A stretch of DNA of 64,000 nt from Fimbriiglobus sp. (GTDB taxonomy: Bacteria > Planctomycetota > Planctomycetia > Gemmatales > Gemmataceae): the NCBI GenBank assembly GCA_043744775.1, contig JAYTUC010000027.1, positions 11,940 to 75,939 on the forward strand, read 5' to 3'. A model generated the notes under the pieces. The model was not told the DNA's origin and searched no databases. It saw only the letters and a program-made list of their open reading frames with translations. The first letter of the stretch is position 1; each line of letters opens with the position of its first letter. Both the position numbers and the translations under genes were made by a program. Shown piece by piece: positions 46,497 through 55,031 of the stretch.

Positions 46497-47999
46497 TCAG
46501 CCGAGGCCGTGGCGCTTCCGTAGCACCCGCGCGGCCTCGACGATCACCCCCAACTTGCGCTCGGCCACGGCGGCCGACGCGACGGGGCTGTCCGCGAACG
46601 TGGCGAACCCGCAATCGGGGTTCAGCAGCACTCGCCCCACGCCGAACGCCGCGACGGCGGCCTCGGCGAGGGCTGTCACTTCGGCGACCGTCTCGACCCG
46701 GTCGAGCTTCTGGTTCACGACCCCGACCCCGATGCGGCGGTCGTCGGGCAGTCCCGCAAGCGGGCCGAGTTCCCCGGCCCGCGGCGTTGCCATTTCGAGG
46801 AAGTACGTCCCGACCGGCAGGCCGGCCAGCAGCGGTACTAAGGGCGTGTACGGCCCCGACAGGGCGACCGACTCGTCGCGCGACCAGTTGCCGCGGCAGA
46901 CGTGCAACGCCACCCGGTCGCGCGGCAAGCCGTCGAGCAGTGACTTCAGCAGCCGCCCGGCGAACTCCAGTTCCTCCGTCTGCCCCCGACGCTCGCCGAG
47001 GGCACCGCACATGAACGTCCGCCGGCCGGCCGCGCGCGTGAACACGACTTCGGTCAGCACCGGCTCGTCGAACTGCACGATCGCCGCGCCGTCGGCGAGC
47101 AGTTGCAACGCCTCCTCGCGCAGCACGGTCACGATGTCGGCGGCTAAACTTTCGCGGTCGGGGTACGCCCGATCGGAAACGCATTCGAGCCACATCGTCC
47201 GCGTCAGCAGGTACGGCCCCGGCAACGCGACTTTCACCGGCCGGTCGGTGATGCTTTGCGTGAAGGCCAGTTCGCGGCCGGCCAGCGACCGCGAGCGGCG
47301 GAGCTTGCCGAACACCGCCGGGTGGCGAATCTGGTCGGCCGGCACGTCGAGCGCGGCCAAGTCGGCGGCGAACTTGGCGGGGTCGGTGACGTACGGCAGC
47401 AGGTCGGTGACCGGGATGAGCTGGCAGTTGTCGAGCCGCGCCGCGACGAAGCTGGCGTAGTTGTCGCGCCGCTGCTCGCCGTCGGTGACGACATCGACGC
47501 CGGCGCGCAGTTGCGCCGCGACGGCCAGCCGCACCGCGTCGTCGGCGTGGCCGTGGAACTCCTCCTCCGGCATTCGCCCGGCGAGCCACTCGTGCAGCGC
47601 GGCGACCAGCGCCGCCGGCCGCGGCCAACTGCCGACGCCCATCACTTCTAAGTGCGTATTCGGGGGCCGAAACCCCACTGTCGAAGTTGCTGGAACGGCC
47701 TCACGGCCCGGAGTTTCAGGCTCTGCGTTCCGCGTGCGAGAAGCGGCTTTGCGGATGCGGTAGCGCGTACTGTCGCCGTCGGGGGTCGCGCTCAGCAGCG
47801 CGTTGCCGGTCAGGCGCGCCCACGACGGCAGGTCGTCGGCGACGGACGCCTCGCGCGACCGCACTTCGAGCACCTGCCCCGCGATGAGGGGATCGATGTG
47901 CCGGCGGATCAGCAGCAGCAGGCCGTTGCCGCAGTCGAGATTACCGCCGTCGAAACTCGCGGCGGGCGTGTCGTCGGGGGGTGGCACGGCGGCGCTCAA
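46497..47999 (-). CDS. TusA-like domain fused to MetE-family (cobalamin-independent methionine synthase-like) Zn methyltransferase
   Basis: N-terminus 'LDCGNGLLLLIRRHIDPLIAGQVLEVRSREASVADDLPSWARLTGNALL...YRIRK' is TusA-like. MetE-like Zn ligands 'LHVCRGN', 'YFLEMA', 'LLNPDCGF'. Start uncertain: TTG 47999 overlaps the upstream TGA, or GTG 47987. The ORF part upstream of 47999 is Arg-rich shadow. Confidence 0.7.
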   Translation of the reverse strand: MSAAVPPPDDTPAASFDGGNLDCGNGLLLLIRRHIDPLIAGQVLEVRSREASVADDLPSWARLTGNALLSATPDGDSTRYRIRKAASRTRNAEPETPGREAVPATSTVGFRPPNTHLEVMGVGSWPRPAALVAALHEWLAGRMPEEEFHGHADDAVRLAVAAQLRAGVDVVTDGEQRRDNYASFVAARLDNCQLIPVTDLLPYVTDPAKFAADLAALDVPADQIRHPAVFGKLRRSRSLAGRELAFTQSITDRPVKVALPGPYLLTRTMWLECVSDRAYPDRESLAADIVTVLREEALQLLADGAAIVQFDEPVLTEVVFTRAAGRRTFMCGALGERRGQTEELEFAGRLLKSLLDGLPRDRVALHVCRGNWSRDESVALSGPYTPLVPLLAGLPVGTYFLEMATPRAGELGPLAGLPDDRRIGVGVVNQKLDRVETVAEVTALAEAAVAAFGVGRVLLNPDCGFATFADSPVASAAVAERKLGVIVEAARVLRKRHGLG

Positions 48000-48370
48000 T
48001 AGTACGGGTCGCGGGCGACCACCACGGGCGACTTCAGGGCCACGGCGTAGACCGCCTCGCGTGCGGTCGCCTTGCCCTTGCGGTCCTTCAAATTCAGCGT
48101 GACGGCGTAGCGGATCACGGCCGGGTCGGTGCCATCGACCTTGCCAACCGTGTAGCTTGTGAGCGTGAAGTTCGCGCGGAGGTCTTCGGGGAACTCGACC
48201 GGGTCCGGCAGCGCTTTCAACCCGGCGGCCGGGGTGTTCGCCTGCCACGAGTCGAGCGCGGCAACGACGGCGACGCGGCCCCGCTCGATATCGGCGGCCG
48301 GACGGCTCCCACCGCACCCGGCGGCGGCGAGCGTGAGTAAAGCGACGGCGAGTTTGGCCGCGGGGTCAAT
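47996..48370 (-). CDS. Small lipoprotein candidate (non-canonical ATT start proposed)
   Basis: The ORF track starts at TTG 48220. The in-frame upstream extension reads 'IDPAAKLAVALLTLAAAGCGGSRP' (lipobox LAAAGC). There is no ATG/GTG/TTG upstream of it. ATT at 48370 overlaps the DsrE-like stop (ATTGA). Confidence 0.45.
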   Translation of the reverse strand: MDPAAKLAVALLTLAAAGCGGSRPAADIERGRVAVVAALDSWQANTPAAGLKALPDPVEFPEDLRANFTLTSYTVGKVDGTDPAVIRYAVTLNLKDRKGKATAREAVYAVALKSPVVVARDPYY

Positions 48371-48728
48371 ACGACACGCTCGGGCAGCCGCCGGCCATGA
48401 ACTCGACCAGCTTCGCCCCGCCGACGATCACCGCCCCCGGTACGAGGGTCGCGGCGTCGAGTTGCCGCTTCTTGAAGCACGGCGAGCAGACGAAGATCGT
48501 CCCACCCGCCGCGGCGAAGTTGGCGATCAGGTCTTTGAGTGGGGCGAACCCCTCCTCGGCGACGGCGTCGGCGGCCCCGCCGACGGCCAGGCGCACCGCC
48601 TCGGTGCTCAGGAAGACAACAGTCTCCTGGTCGCAGGCGACTGCCGCGTTGGCGACGACGAAGGCGACCGTCGCCCGGTCGGGGTCGTCGGCCCCGGCGG
48701 TCAGGCTCACGCAGAATTTCCCGGCCAT
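48366..48728 (-). CDS. DsrE/DsrF-like sulfur-relay family protein
   Basis: 120 aa. 'KFCVSLTAGADDPDRATVAFVVANAA', 'VVFLSTEAVRL', 'IFVCSPCFKKR' are typical of the DsrE-like fold. Confidence 0.7.
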   Translation of the reverse strand: MAGKFCVSLTAGADDPDRATVAFVVANAAVACDQETVVFLSTEAVRLAVGGAADAVAEEGFAPLKDLIANFAAAGGTIFVCSPCFKKRQLDAATLVPGAVIVGGAKLVEFMAGGCPSVSY

Positions 48729-48731
48729 GAC

Positions 48732-49232
48732 TCAAGCTCCCTTGCGGCGGATTCGGTACACCGGCGGCGACGCGGACACCAGCGTGTGCCCCGTCAGCCG
48801 GCACCACGCGGGCACGTCCTCCGGGGCGGCCGGGTCGGTTGCGGTCACCGCGACCACGGACCCTGGCGGCAGCGGCAGTAGCTTGATTCGCAGTGCCAAC
48901 GCCAACTCGCCGCAGCCGATCGCGCCGGCGTCCCAGGCGACTTCGCCGCCGGTCAGCGTCGCCGTCTCGGCCCCGTCCAGTCGCTCGGCCTCGGCCCACG
49001 CCGCGGCGTAGCACTCGCGGCGGCGGACGTAGTCGGCGAGCTGCGACCGCAGTTCGCCGGGTTCGCGCCCTAGCCCGCGGCCGAGACAGGGCAGGCACCG
49101 CGGCGTGTCCTTGAACCCCAGTGCGATGCTCCAGACCGCCTCCCGCGCCAGGCAGCGGCCGCTACACCCCGCGCACGGCCGGCCGGCGACCTGCCGCAAC
49201 GTGGCTTCAACTGTCGCGGCGGACTGGCTCAT
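48732..49232 (-). CDS. Cys-rich N-terminal domain + TusA-like sulfurtransferase domain protein
   Basis: 'RPCAGCSGRC...RCLPCL...REC' N-terminus. C-terminus 'WDAGAIGCGELALALRIKLLPLPPGSVVAVTATDPAAPEDVPAWCRLTGHTLVSASPPVYRIRRK' aligns to TusA (Cys retained). Confidence 0.6.
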   Translation of the reverse strand: MSQSAATVEATLRQVAGRPCAGCSGRCLAREAVWSIALGFKDTPRCLPCLGRGLGREPGELRSQLADYVRRRECYAAAWAEAERLDGAETATLTGGEVAWDAGAIGCGELALALRIKLLPLPPGSVVAVTATDPAAPEDVPAWCRLTGHTLVSASPPVYRIRRKGA

Positions 49233-49291
49233 GGGCAGACAGTGTAGGCCGGCCGGGGGGTCGCTTCAACGGCTCCGCTGAGGACCGCCGT

Positions 49292-50263
49292 TCACTTCGT
49301 CAGCGGCACGCGGTAGGTCGTCGTCCACGCGAACGACTGGCCCGGTTGCAACTCGTCGATGCTCACGAACGGCTCGGGGCAGATCACCGTCGAGAGGCCC
49401 CAGACGCGGAACGCACTCATCGGCCGGTCGCTACTCACCTCGACGGCGGTGCCCGACGGCGCGTGCCGCATCGTGAAGCGGTACGGGGTGCTAAGCAAGT
49501 CGCCGTACTCGGCGTAGACCTGGCCGGCGTCGAGCTTGCCGCGGAAGGTCAGCGCGCCCGCGTCCTTGCCGGCCAACTCGTCGTAGCGGCTTTCGGACTT
49601 CGTCACGCGAAGTTTGCCGGCGAATTCGAGCTTGTAGTTCGGGCCGATCGGGTCGCGGTTGACGTTGAAGAAGTTGTGGTTGTAGACGCGGGTCGTGAGC
49701 GGCCGGGTGCCGGCGTTCGTCAGCGTCGAGCGGAGCCGTAGCACGGCGGCGGTGGCGTCGTCGGCCGACTCGACCGTCTTGGCGAGCGTATAACCGACGC
49801 CAGATTTCGCCGCGACCTCGTGCGTGAACGTGTACTTGCCGGCGACGACGGTCAGCGTCCGCTTGCCGGGGTTGACGACGGGGTACGCCTTCTGGAACTG
49901 GTACGGCTCGTCCTTGACTTTGCGCAGCTCGCCGACGCCGATCTTGACGAAGGTGTCGCCGACTTTCGCGGCGGCGTAGTCGGCGGGGCCGGCCTGGTCG
50001 AACTCCTCGCACGGCCCGGTGATGTCGTCGGCGTTGGCCGGGTCGTGGGTGCCCTTCCAGGCGTGGAACAGCGTCGCGCCGTTGACCTTCCAGTCGGCGA
50101 CGACCCCGCCGCGGTCGAAGCGGGTGCCGCGGTAGAAGCCCTTCGCGTCGTCCGGCAAGTACAGCGTGAACGCCGAAGACTGGCCGGTCACGGCCGCCTT
50201 CGGGTAGTCCTGCGCCGTCGCCGGCGACGCCAGCAGCAGAAGAGCAAGTAGACATCGCGGCAT
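49292..50263 (-). CDS. Secreted hypothetical protein (323 aa)
   Basis: Signal peptide 'MPRCLLALLLLASPATAQ'. Beta-rich, protein-like composition. No motif recognised. Confidence 0.6.
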   Translation of the reverse strand: MPRCLLALLLLASPATAQDYPKAAVTGQSSAFTLYLPDDAKGFYRGTRFDRGGVVADWKVNGATLFHAWKGTHDPANADDITGPCEEFDQAGPADYAAAKVGDTFVKIGVGELRKVKDEPYQFQKAYPVVNPGKRTLTVVAGKYTFTHEVAAKSGVGYTLAKTVESADDATAAVLRLRSTLTNAGTRPLTTRVYNHNFFNVNRDPIGPNYKLEFAGKLRVTKSESRYDELAGKDAGALTFRGKLDAGQVYAEYGDLLSTPYRFTMRHAPSGTAVEVSSDRPMSAFRVWGLSTVICPEPFVSIDELQPGQSFAWTTTYRVPLTK

Positions 50264-50273
50264 CGGGGGTTCC

Positions 50274-50915
50274 TCACTTCACGGGGGGGATGACGTTCGC
50301 GGCGGCGAGGCCGTCGAGGACGAACTGCACGGCGATGCCGGCGAGTACGAGGCCCAGCACGCGGCCGACGACGCGGATGCCGGTCACGCCAAGTCGTCGC
50401 TGGATGGGGTCGGCAAGACGCAACGTGGCGTAGGCGGTCAAGCCGGTCAGGCCGATGGCGACGAAGACCCCGGCCGACTCGAAGACGTTACTCGCCCGGC
50501 TCATCAGCACCGCGACCGTCGAGAGCGCGGCCGGCCCGGCGAGTAGCGGCACCGCGAGGGGGGTGATGGCTACGTCGCCGGCGTCGGCGGAGCCGTCGGC
50601 CTCGGCCCCCTCGACGGCCGCGTCGTCGCCCGGCTCGCTCTTCTCGCGGATCATGTCGAGCGCCACCAGGAACAGGATCAGCCCGCCGGCGATCTGGAAC
50701 GCCGGCAGCGACAGGCCGAGCTTCGCGAAGAGCCAGGTGCCCACCAGCGCGAACGCCGTCATGATGGCCGTGGCCGCGGCGCAGGCGACCAACGCCGTGC
50801 GGCGACGCTTGCGCGGGGCGTAGCGGGCCGTCAGCGCTAGGAACGGCGGGATCGTCCCCGGCGGGTCCACGAGGAACAGCAGCGACACGAGTGCGGTCAG
50901 GGTGAAGTCGAACAT
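50274..50915 (-). CDS. MarC-family (UPF0056) integral membrane protein
   Basis: 'LVSLLFLVDPPGTIPPFLALT' N-terminus. Six hydrophobic segments. Size 213 aa. Confidence 0.8.
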   Translation of the reverse strand: MFDFTLTALVSLLFLVDPPGTIPPFLALTARYAPRKRRRTALVACAAATAIMTAFALVGTWLFAKLGLSLPAFQIAGGLILFLVALDMIREKSEPGDDAAVEGAEADGSADAGDVAITPLAVPLLAGPAALSTVAVLMSRASNVFESAGVFVAIGLTGLTAYATLRLADPIQRRLGVTGIRVVGRVLGLVLAGIAVQFVLDGLAAANVIPPVK

Positions 50916-50981
50916 CCCGGTTTAAGGTACGCCGGCCCCGGCCGCGCGTTCCTAAGATTACGGCCAACGGGAGGCTCCACG

Positions 50982-52364
50982 ATGGAACGGTTCACGCTTC
51001 GCTCGCCGGTCTCGGCGTCGGCCGCGGCGCTCTACGACTGGCACGCGCGGCCGGCGGCTTTTGCCCGGCTCGCGCCGCCGTGGGAGCGCGTCAAGGTCGC
51101 CTCCGTCGCGGGAAGTTTCGGCGACGGCCAGCGGGTGACCCTGCGCGCGAGCCTCGTCGGCCCGGTCGCCAAGGACTGGGTCGCCGAGCTGTTCGAGGTC
51201 GTCCCCGGCCGGCAGTTCCGCGACCGCCAGTTGCGCGGGCCGTTCGCCGAGTGGACGCACACCCACCGCTTCCTGCCCGACGGCCCCGACGCCTCGATCC
51301 TCGAAGACGACATCGAGTACCGCCTGCCGCTCGGCGTCCTCGGCCAGCTCGTCGGCGGCGGCTTGGTGCGGGGCAAGTTGGCGGCGATGTTCGCCTACCG
51401 CCACGCCGTCACCGCGTCGGACCTGCGCCGCCACGCCCCGTTCGCCGGCCGGCCGCCGCTGACGGTCGGGGTCACCGGGTCGAGCGGCCTGATCGGCAGC
51501 GAGTTGACGCACTTCCTCGGGGCCGGCGGGCACCGCGTCGTGCGGCTGGTGCGCGGCCCCGTCAAGCCGGCGGCTTACGACGACGGCACGACCTCGCGGA
51601 CCTGGACCCCCGACGCGCCGCTCGACCCGGCGACCCTCGCCGGCCTCGACGCGGTCATCCACCTCGCCGGCGACGGCATCGCCGACGGCCGCTGGACGGC
51701 GGCCAAGAAGGCCCGCATCCGCGACAGCCGCGTCGGCCCGACGCGCCGGCTGGCCGAGGCGGTCGTCGCCGCGAGGGTCCCGGTCTTCCTGAGCGCGTCG
51801 GCCGTCGGCGTCTACGGCGTCCGCGGCGACGAACTATTGACGGAGGACTCGCCGCCCGGCACCGGCTTCCTCGCCGACGTGGCCAAGGGCTGGGAGGGGC
51901 CGACGCACCTGGCCGCCGACGCCGGCGTCCGCGTGGTGAACCTGCGCATCGGCGTGGTGCTGACGCCGAAGGGCGGCGCGCTCGGCAAGCAGCTCCTCGC
52001 CTTCAAGGCCGGCAACGGCGCGGTCCTCGGCGGCGGCACGCAGTTCGTCAGTTGGGTCACGCTCAACGACCTGATCGGCGGCGTCCACCACGCGCTGATG
52101 ACCGAGACGTTGCGCGGCCCCGTCAACCTGACGGCCCCGAACCCGGTGACCAACCGCGAGTTCGGCCGCACCCTCGCCGGCGTTCTGAACCGCCCCTACC
52201 TGCTGACAATCCCCGCCCCGGCGTTGCGGCTGCTGTTCGGCGAGTTGGCCGACGCCGCGCTGCTGGCGAGTATCCGCGTGCAGCCGGCGCGGCTAACCGC
52301 CGCCGGCTACAAGTTCGACCACCCCGACCTGGCCGCCGGCCTGGGGAGCGTGCTGGGGCGGTGA
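50982..52364 (+). CDS. SRPBCC domain fused to SDR-type epimerase-family protein (YfcH/TIGR01777-like with DUF1731 C-terminus)
   Basis: N-terminal 'LYDWHARPAAFARLAPPWERV'. Rossmann 'VGVTGSSGLIGSEL'. C-terminal 'NLTAPNPVTNREFGRTLAGVLNRPYLLTIPAPALRLLFGE...R..P.RL...GYKF'. Confidence 0.8.
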   Translation: MERFTLRSPVSASAAALYDWHARPAAFARLAPPWERVKVASVAGSFGDGQRVTLRASLVGPVAKDWVAELFEVVPGRQFRDRQLRGPFAEWTHTHRFLPDGPDASILEDDIEYRLPLGVLGQLVGGGLVRGKLAAMFAYRHAVTASDLRRHAPFAGRPPLTVGVTGSSGLIGSELTHFLGAGGHRVVRLVRGPVKPAAYDDGTTSRTWTPDAPLDPATLAGLDAVIHLAGDGIADGRWTAAKKARIRDSRVGPTRRLAEAVVAARVPVFLSASAVGVYGVRGDELLTEDSPPGTGFLADVAKGWEGPTHLAADAGVRVVNLRIGVVLTPKGGALGKQLLAFKAGNGAVLGGGTQFVSWVTLNDLIGGVHHALMTETLRGPVNLTAPNPVTNREFGRTLAGVLNRPYLLTIPAPALRLLFGELADAALLASIRVQPARLTAAGYKFDHPDLAAGLGSVLGR

Positions 52365-52453
52365 AAGTGTGCTGCGGAACCGGCCCGACCTGCGATGATG
52401 CCACGGCAGTCGCCCACTCGGGGCGGCGCGCTAGCGTCGAACGGGGGCCAATC

Positions 52454-52837
52454 GTGGAGCGGACTGCGGAGCAACGGGCGAGCCGGCGTAAGGTCGGCAT
52501 GGTCCTGTTCGGCCTGGCCGTCGGCCTGCCGGGCATGGTCGTGTTCACCGACAAAACGGACAGCCCAGGGCTCGTCACGGCGTGCGGGGCCGTCGCGGTG
52601 TTGGGCAGCGCGGTCGCCGCCGCGGCCGGGGCCGAGCGCCGGCTGCTGGCGGTCGTGCCGGGGCTGCTCGCCGGGGCCGGGGCCTTCGTGGCGCTGCTGG
52701 CCTACGCGTCGGTGCGCGACTCGATCCGCATGTTCGAGCTGGTGATCCCCCTGGGCCTGGGGTCGCTGCCGGGGCTGGGGCTGTACTGGCTCCTCGACAC
52801 CGTCTTCCCGACACAGGGTGAGAATCGCGGCGATTGA
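52454..52837 (+). CDS. Small membrane protein (3-4 TM), hypothetical
   Basis: 'MVLFGLAVGLPGMVVF', 'ACGAVAVLGSAVAAAAG', 'VVPGLLAGAGAFVALLAY', 'LVIPLGLGSLPGLGLYWLL'. Start is GTG 52454 or ATG 52499. Confidence 0.45.
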   Translation: MERTAEQRASRRKVGMVLFGLAVGLPGMVVFTDKTDSPGLVTACGAVAVLGSAVAAAAGAERRLLAVVPGLLAGAGAFVALLAYASVRDSIRMFELVIPLGLGSLPGLGLYWLLDTVFPTQGENRGD

Positions 52838-52887
52838 ATCGAGCCGGACTACCACGGCTTGGGGCTTCTCGACGGAGGGCGTCGTCG

Positions 52888-53048
52888 GCTCCGCGGTGGG
52901 AAGCGCAGGCCGGGCACCCACAAGGGGATGCCCCGACAAGAACCGGCAGCGCCGGCCCCGCCGCAGGCGACCGGCTTTCGGCTCCGCCGCAGGCGAACTG
53001 TATGGGTACCCCTCGTGGGTGCCCAGCCTGCGCCTCCCACCGCGAAGC
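52888..53048. repeat. MITE/REP-like palindromic element, copy 2 (inverted relative to copy at 17357-17488)
   Basis: Arms GGGAAGCGCAGGCCGGGCACCCACAAGGGGATGCCCCGACA and TGTATGGGTACCCCTCGTGGGTGCCCAGCCTGCGCCTCCC. The segment GGCTTTCGGCTCCGCCGCAGGCGAACTGTATGGGTACCCCTCGTG is the reverse complement of copy 1 with 1 mismatch. Confidence 0.85.
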
Positions 53049-53107
53049 CGACGACCGCCCGCGTCGGACCACGGCACACTGACATGAACCGTTTGAGGAC
53101 ATGGCGA

Positions 53108-53578
53108 ATGAGCGCGTTGCGTATCGAGTTGCCGGAGGCGTTGAGGGCCGCGGTCGCCAACCAACTCGCCCAGCGTGGGATCAGCGAGTCGGCGTGGGTC
53201 GAGGAGGCCGTGCGCGAGAAGTTGGCGGCCGAGGCGGAGTTGAAACCCCTCGCGGCGCGGGCGGCACGCGGCAACCGGGCGGCGTTCGAGCGCATCCTGT
53301 CGAAGATACTCGACGCGGAACCCGACCCCGGCGACGCACTTGACTCCGCCCGACTCACGCCCACAGCCGCCGGGCCACGGCCCACGCCGTCGCCCCGAGG
53401 CGGGCGCGAAGCACCTCCTCGCCCGGTTCCGCCGGCGGCAACTCGACGCAGACCATCGCCGCCAGCGTCAGCACCAGCAAACTGCACAGGCTCCAGCCCA
53501 CGTCCAGCGGCGTCACGTCGCCGATCGCCACGGCGTCGTGCAGGCCAAGCAGGTTGGCGAACATGCCGACGGCCATGA
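53108..53578 (+). CDS. Ribbon-helix-helix (antitoxin/CopG-like) small ORF, 3' end doubtful
   Basis: 'MSALRIELPEALRAAVANQLAQRGISESAWVEEAVREKLAAEAE' looks RHH-like. There is no stop until 53578, so the tail overlaps the convergent glycosyltransferase gene by 224 nt. Confidence 0.3.
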   Translation: MSALRIELPEALRAAVANQLAQRGISESAWVEEAVREKLAAEAELKPLAARAARGNRAAFERILSKILDAEPDPGDALDSARLTPTAAGPRPTPSPRGGREAPPRPVPPAATRRRPSPPASAPANCTGSSPRPAASRRRSPRRRAGQAGWRTCRRP

Positions 53579-55031
53579 CCGCGGCCAGCCCGGCGAACAG
53601 GGCGAAGAGTTGCCAGTGGATGATCACGCCGTCGCGCGACTGGCCCTTGGCCGTGACGCGGAACGGCGAGCCGAAAGGGCTGACGAACGACTTCAGCACC
53701 GCCGCCGTCAGGTGGAACGCCGGCACCACCTTGCCGACGGAGCCGACGATCGGCACCACCTTGCCCTCCGACAGCCAGTACATGATCACCGCCCGCGCGG
53801 TCACCCGCGGGATCACGAAAAGCATCACGTCGGTGGCGGTCGCGTGCAGCGCCGGGATGCCGGCGTACCACTGGACGATCGGGGCCAACAGCAACAGCAC
53901 CAGGAACGGGAAGGTCAGCCAGTAGACCACCGTCTCGAAGTAGAACAGGCGCTGCAACAGGCTCAGGCCGGGTGCCCTGAAGGGGCCGGACTCCAGGAAC
54001 ACCTGCTGCATCGTCCCCTGACACCACCGGACCCGCTGCTTGATGTACTCCGGCACGCTCTCGGGGGCCAAGCCGTCGCTCAGCGGCTCGTTGAGGAACA
54101 CAGTCCGGTAGCCCTTGCCCCGCAGTGCGTACGAGAGTTGCAAGTCTTCGGAGAGCGACCCCTGGGCGAAGCCGCCGAGGGTTTCCAGCGCGGCGCGACG
54201 CACGACGAAGCCGGTGCCGACGCAGAAGGCGTTGCCCCAGGCGTCGCGGCACGGCTGCGTGACCGTCATGAAGTAGTTCGTCTCCTCCGTCCAGGCCGCC
54301 CCGCCGAAGAGGTTGTGCTGGATCGGGTCCGGGTTGCGGAAGTGCTGCGGCGTCTGCACCAGCCCCACGCCCGGCCCGTAGACCAGGAAACCGAGCGTGC
54401 GGTAGATCAGGTGCGGCTTGACGACGAAGTCGGCGTCCAGGCACAGGATGAAGTCGCCGTCGGTGCGTGGGTAGGCGTAGTTCAGGTTGCCGGCTTTGCC
54501 GTGTTCGTTACTCGGCCGCGCCAGGTAGCCTACCCCCCGGCGCTCGCACAGTTCGCGCAGCCACGGCCGCCGGCTGTCGTCGAGGACCCAGACCCTCAGC
54601 AGGTGCATCGGGTAGTCGAGGCCCAGCGCCCCGACAATGGTGTCGTCGAGGATGTCGGCCGGCTCGTTGTAGGTCGCGATGTACACGTCCACCGTCGGCA
54701 GGTCAGCCGAGGCCCGCAACCGGGTCTCGTAGCCGTCGGCCTCGGGAGTGCGGTTGATGTAGCCGGTCAGCACGTACAGGCACCAGCCCTCGTAGACCAG
54801 GGCCACGGCTTCGAGCGCGAAGAAAGTCCAGGGCCACAGTGCCGCCGGCGTCCAGTCGAACGCCGGCAGCGTTTGGGTGACCCGCCAGGTGGCGTAGTAG
54901 GCCGTCAGCCCTGCCATGAGGCCGACGACCAGCCACCGGGCGGCCGCGACGCTCACCGGGAGGCGGTAGAGGGCGAGCATCAGGCCGAGCGGCAGCAACA
55001 GGTTCATCAGGAGCCGGTCGTCGAGGCTCAT
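53355..55031 (-). CDS. Processive family-2 glycosyltransferase, cellulose-synthase (BcsA/CelA)-like, no PilZ domain
   Basis: 'VDVYIATYNEP', 'VWVLDDSRR', 'HGKAGNLN', 'ILCLDADF', 'VQTPQHF', 'GSLSEDLQLS', 'QRVRWCQG' (QxxRW). Multiple TMs at both ends. ATG 55031 overlaps the HlyD stop (ATGA). Confidence 0.85.
   Translation of the reverse strand: MSLDDRLLMNLLLPLGLMLALYRLPVSVAAARWLVVGLMAGLTAYYATWRVTQTLPAFDWTPAALWPWTFFALEAVALVYEGWCLYVLTGYINRTPEADGYETRLRASADLPTVDVYIATYNEPADILDDTIVGALGLDYPMHLLRVWVLDDSRRPWLRELCERRGVGYLARPSNEHGKAGNLNYAYPRTDGDFILCLDADFVVKPHLIYRTLGFLVYGPGVGLVQTPQHFRNPDPIQHNLFGGAAWTEETNYFMTVTQPCRDAWGNAFCVGTGFVVRRAALETLGGFAQGSLSEDLQLSYALRGKGYRTVFLNEPLSDGLAPESVPEYIKQRVRWCQGTMQQVFLESGPFRAPGLSLLQRLFYFETVVYWLTFPFLVLLLLAPIVQWYAGIPALHATATDVMLFVIPRVTARAVIMYWLSEGKVVPIVGSVGKVVPAFHLTAAVLKSFVSPFGSPFRVTAKGQSRDGVIIHWQLFALFAGLAAVMAVGMFANLLGLHDAVAIGDVTPLDVGWSLCSLLVLTLAAMVCVELPPAEPGEEVLRARLGATAWAVARRLWA

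Noticed and set aside
53101-53343. 80-aa plus-strand ORF 'MANERVAYRVAGGVEGRGRQ...'
   Set aside because: Its composition is Gly/Arg-rich. It is an alternative frame of the more protein-like RHH-type ORF. No SD or motif supports it.
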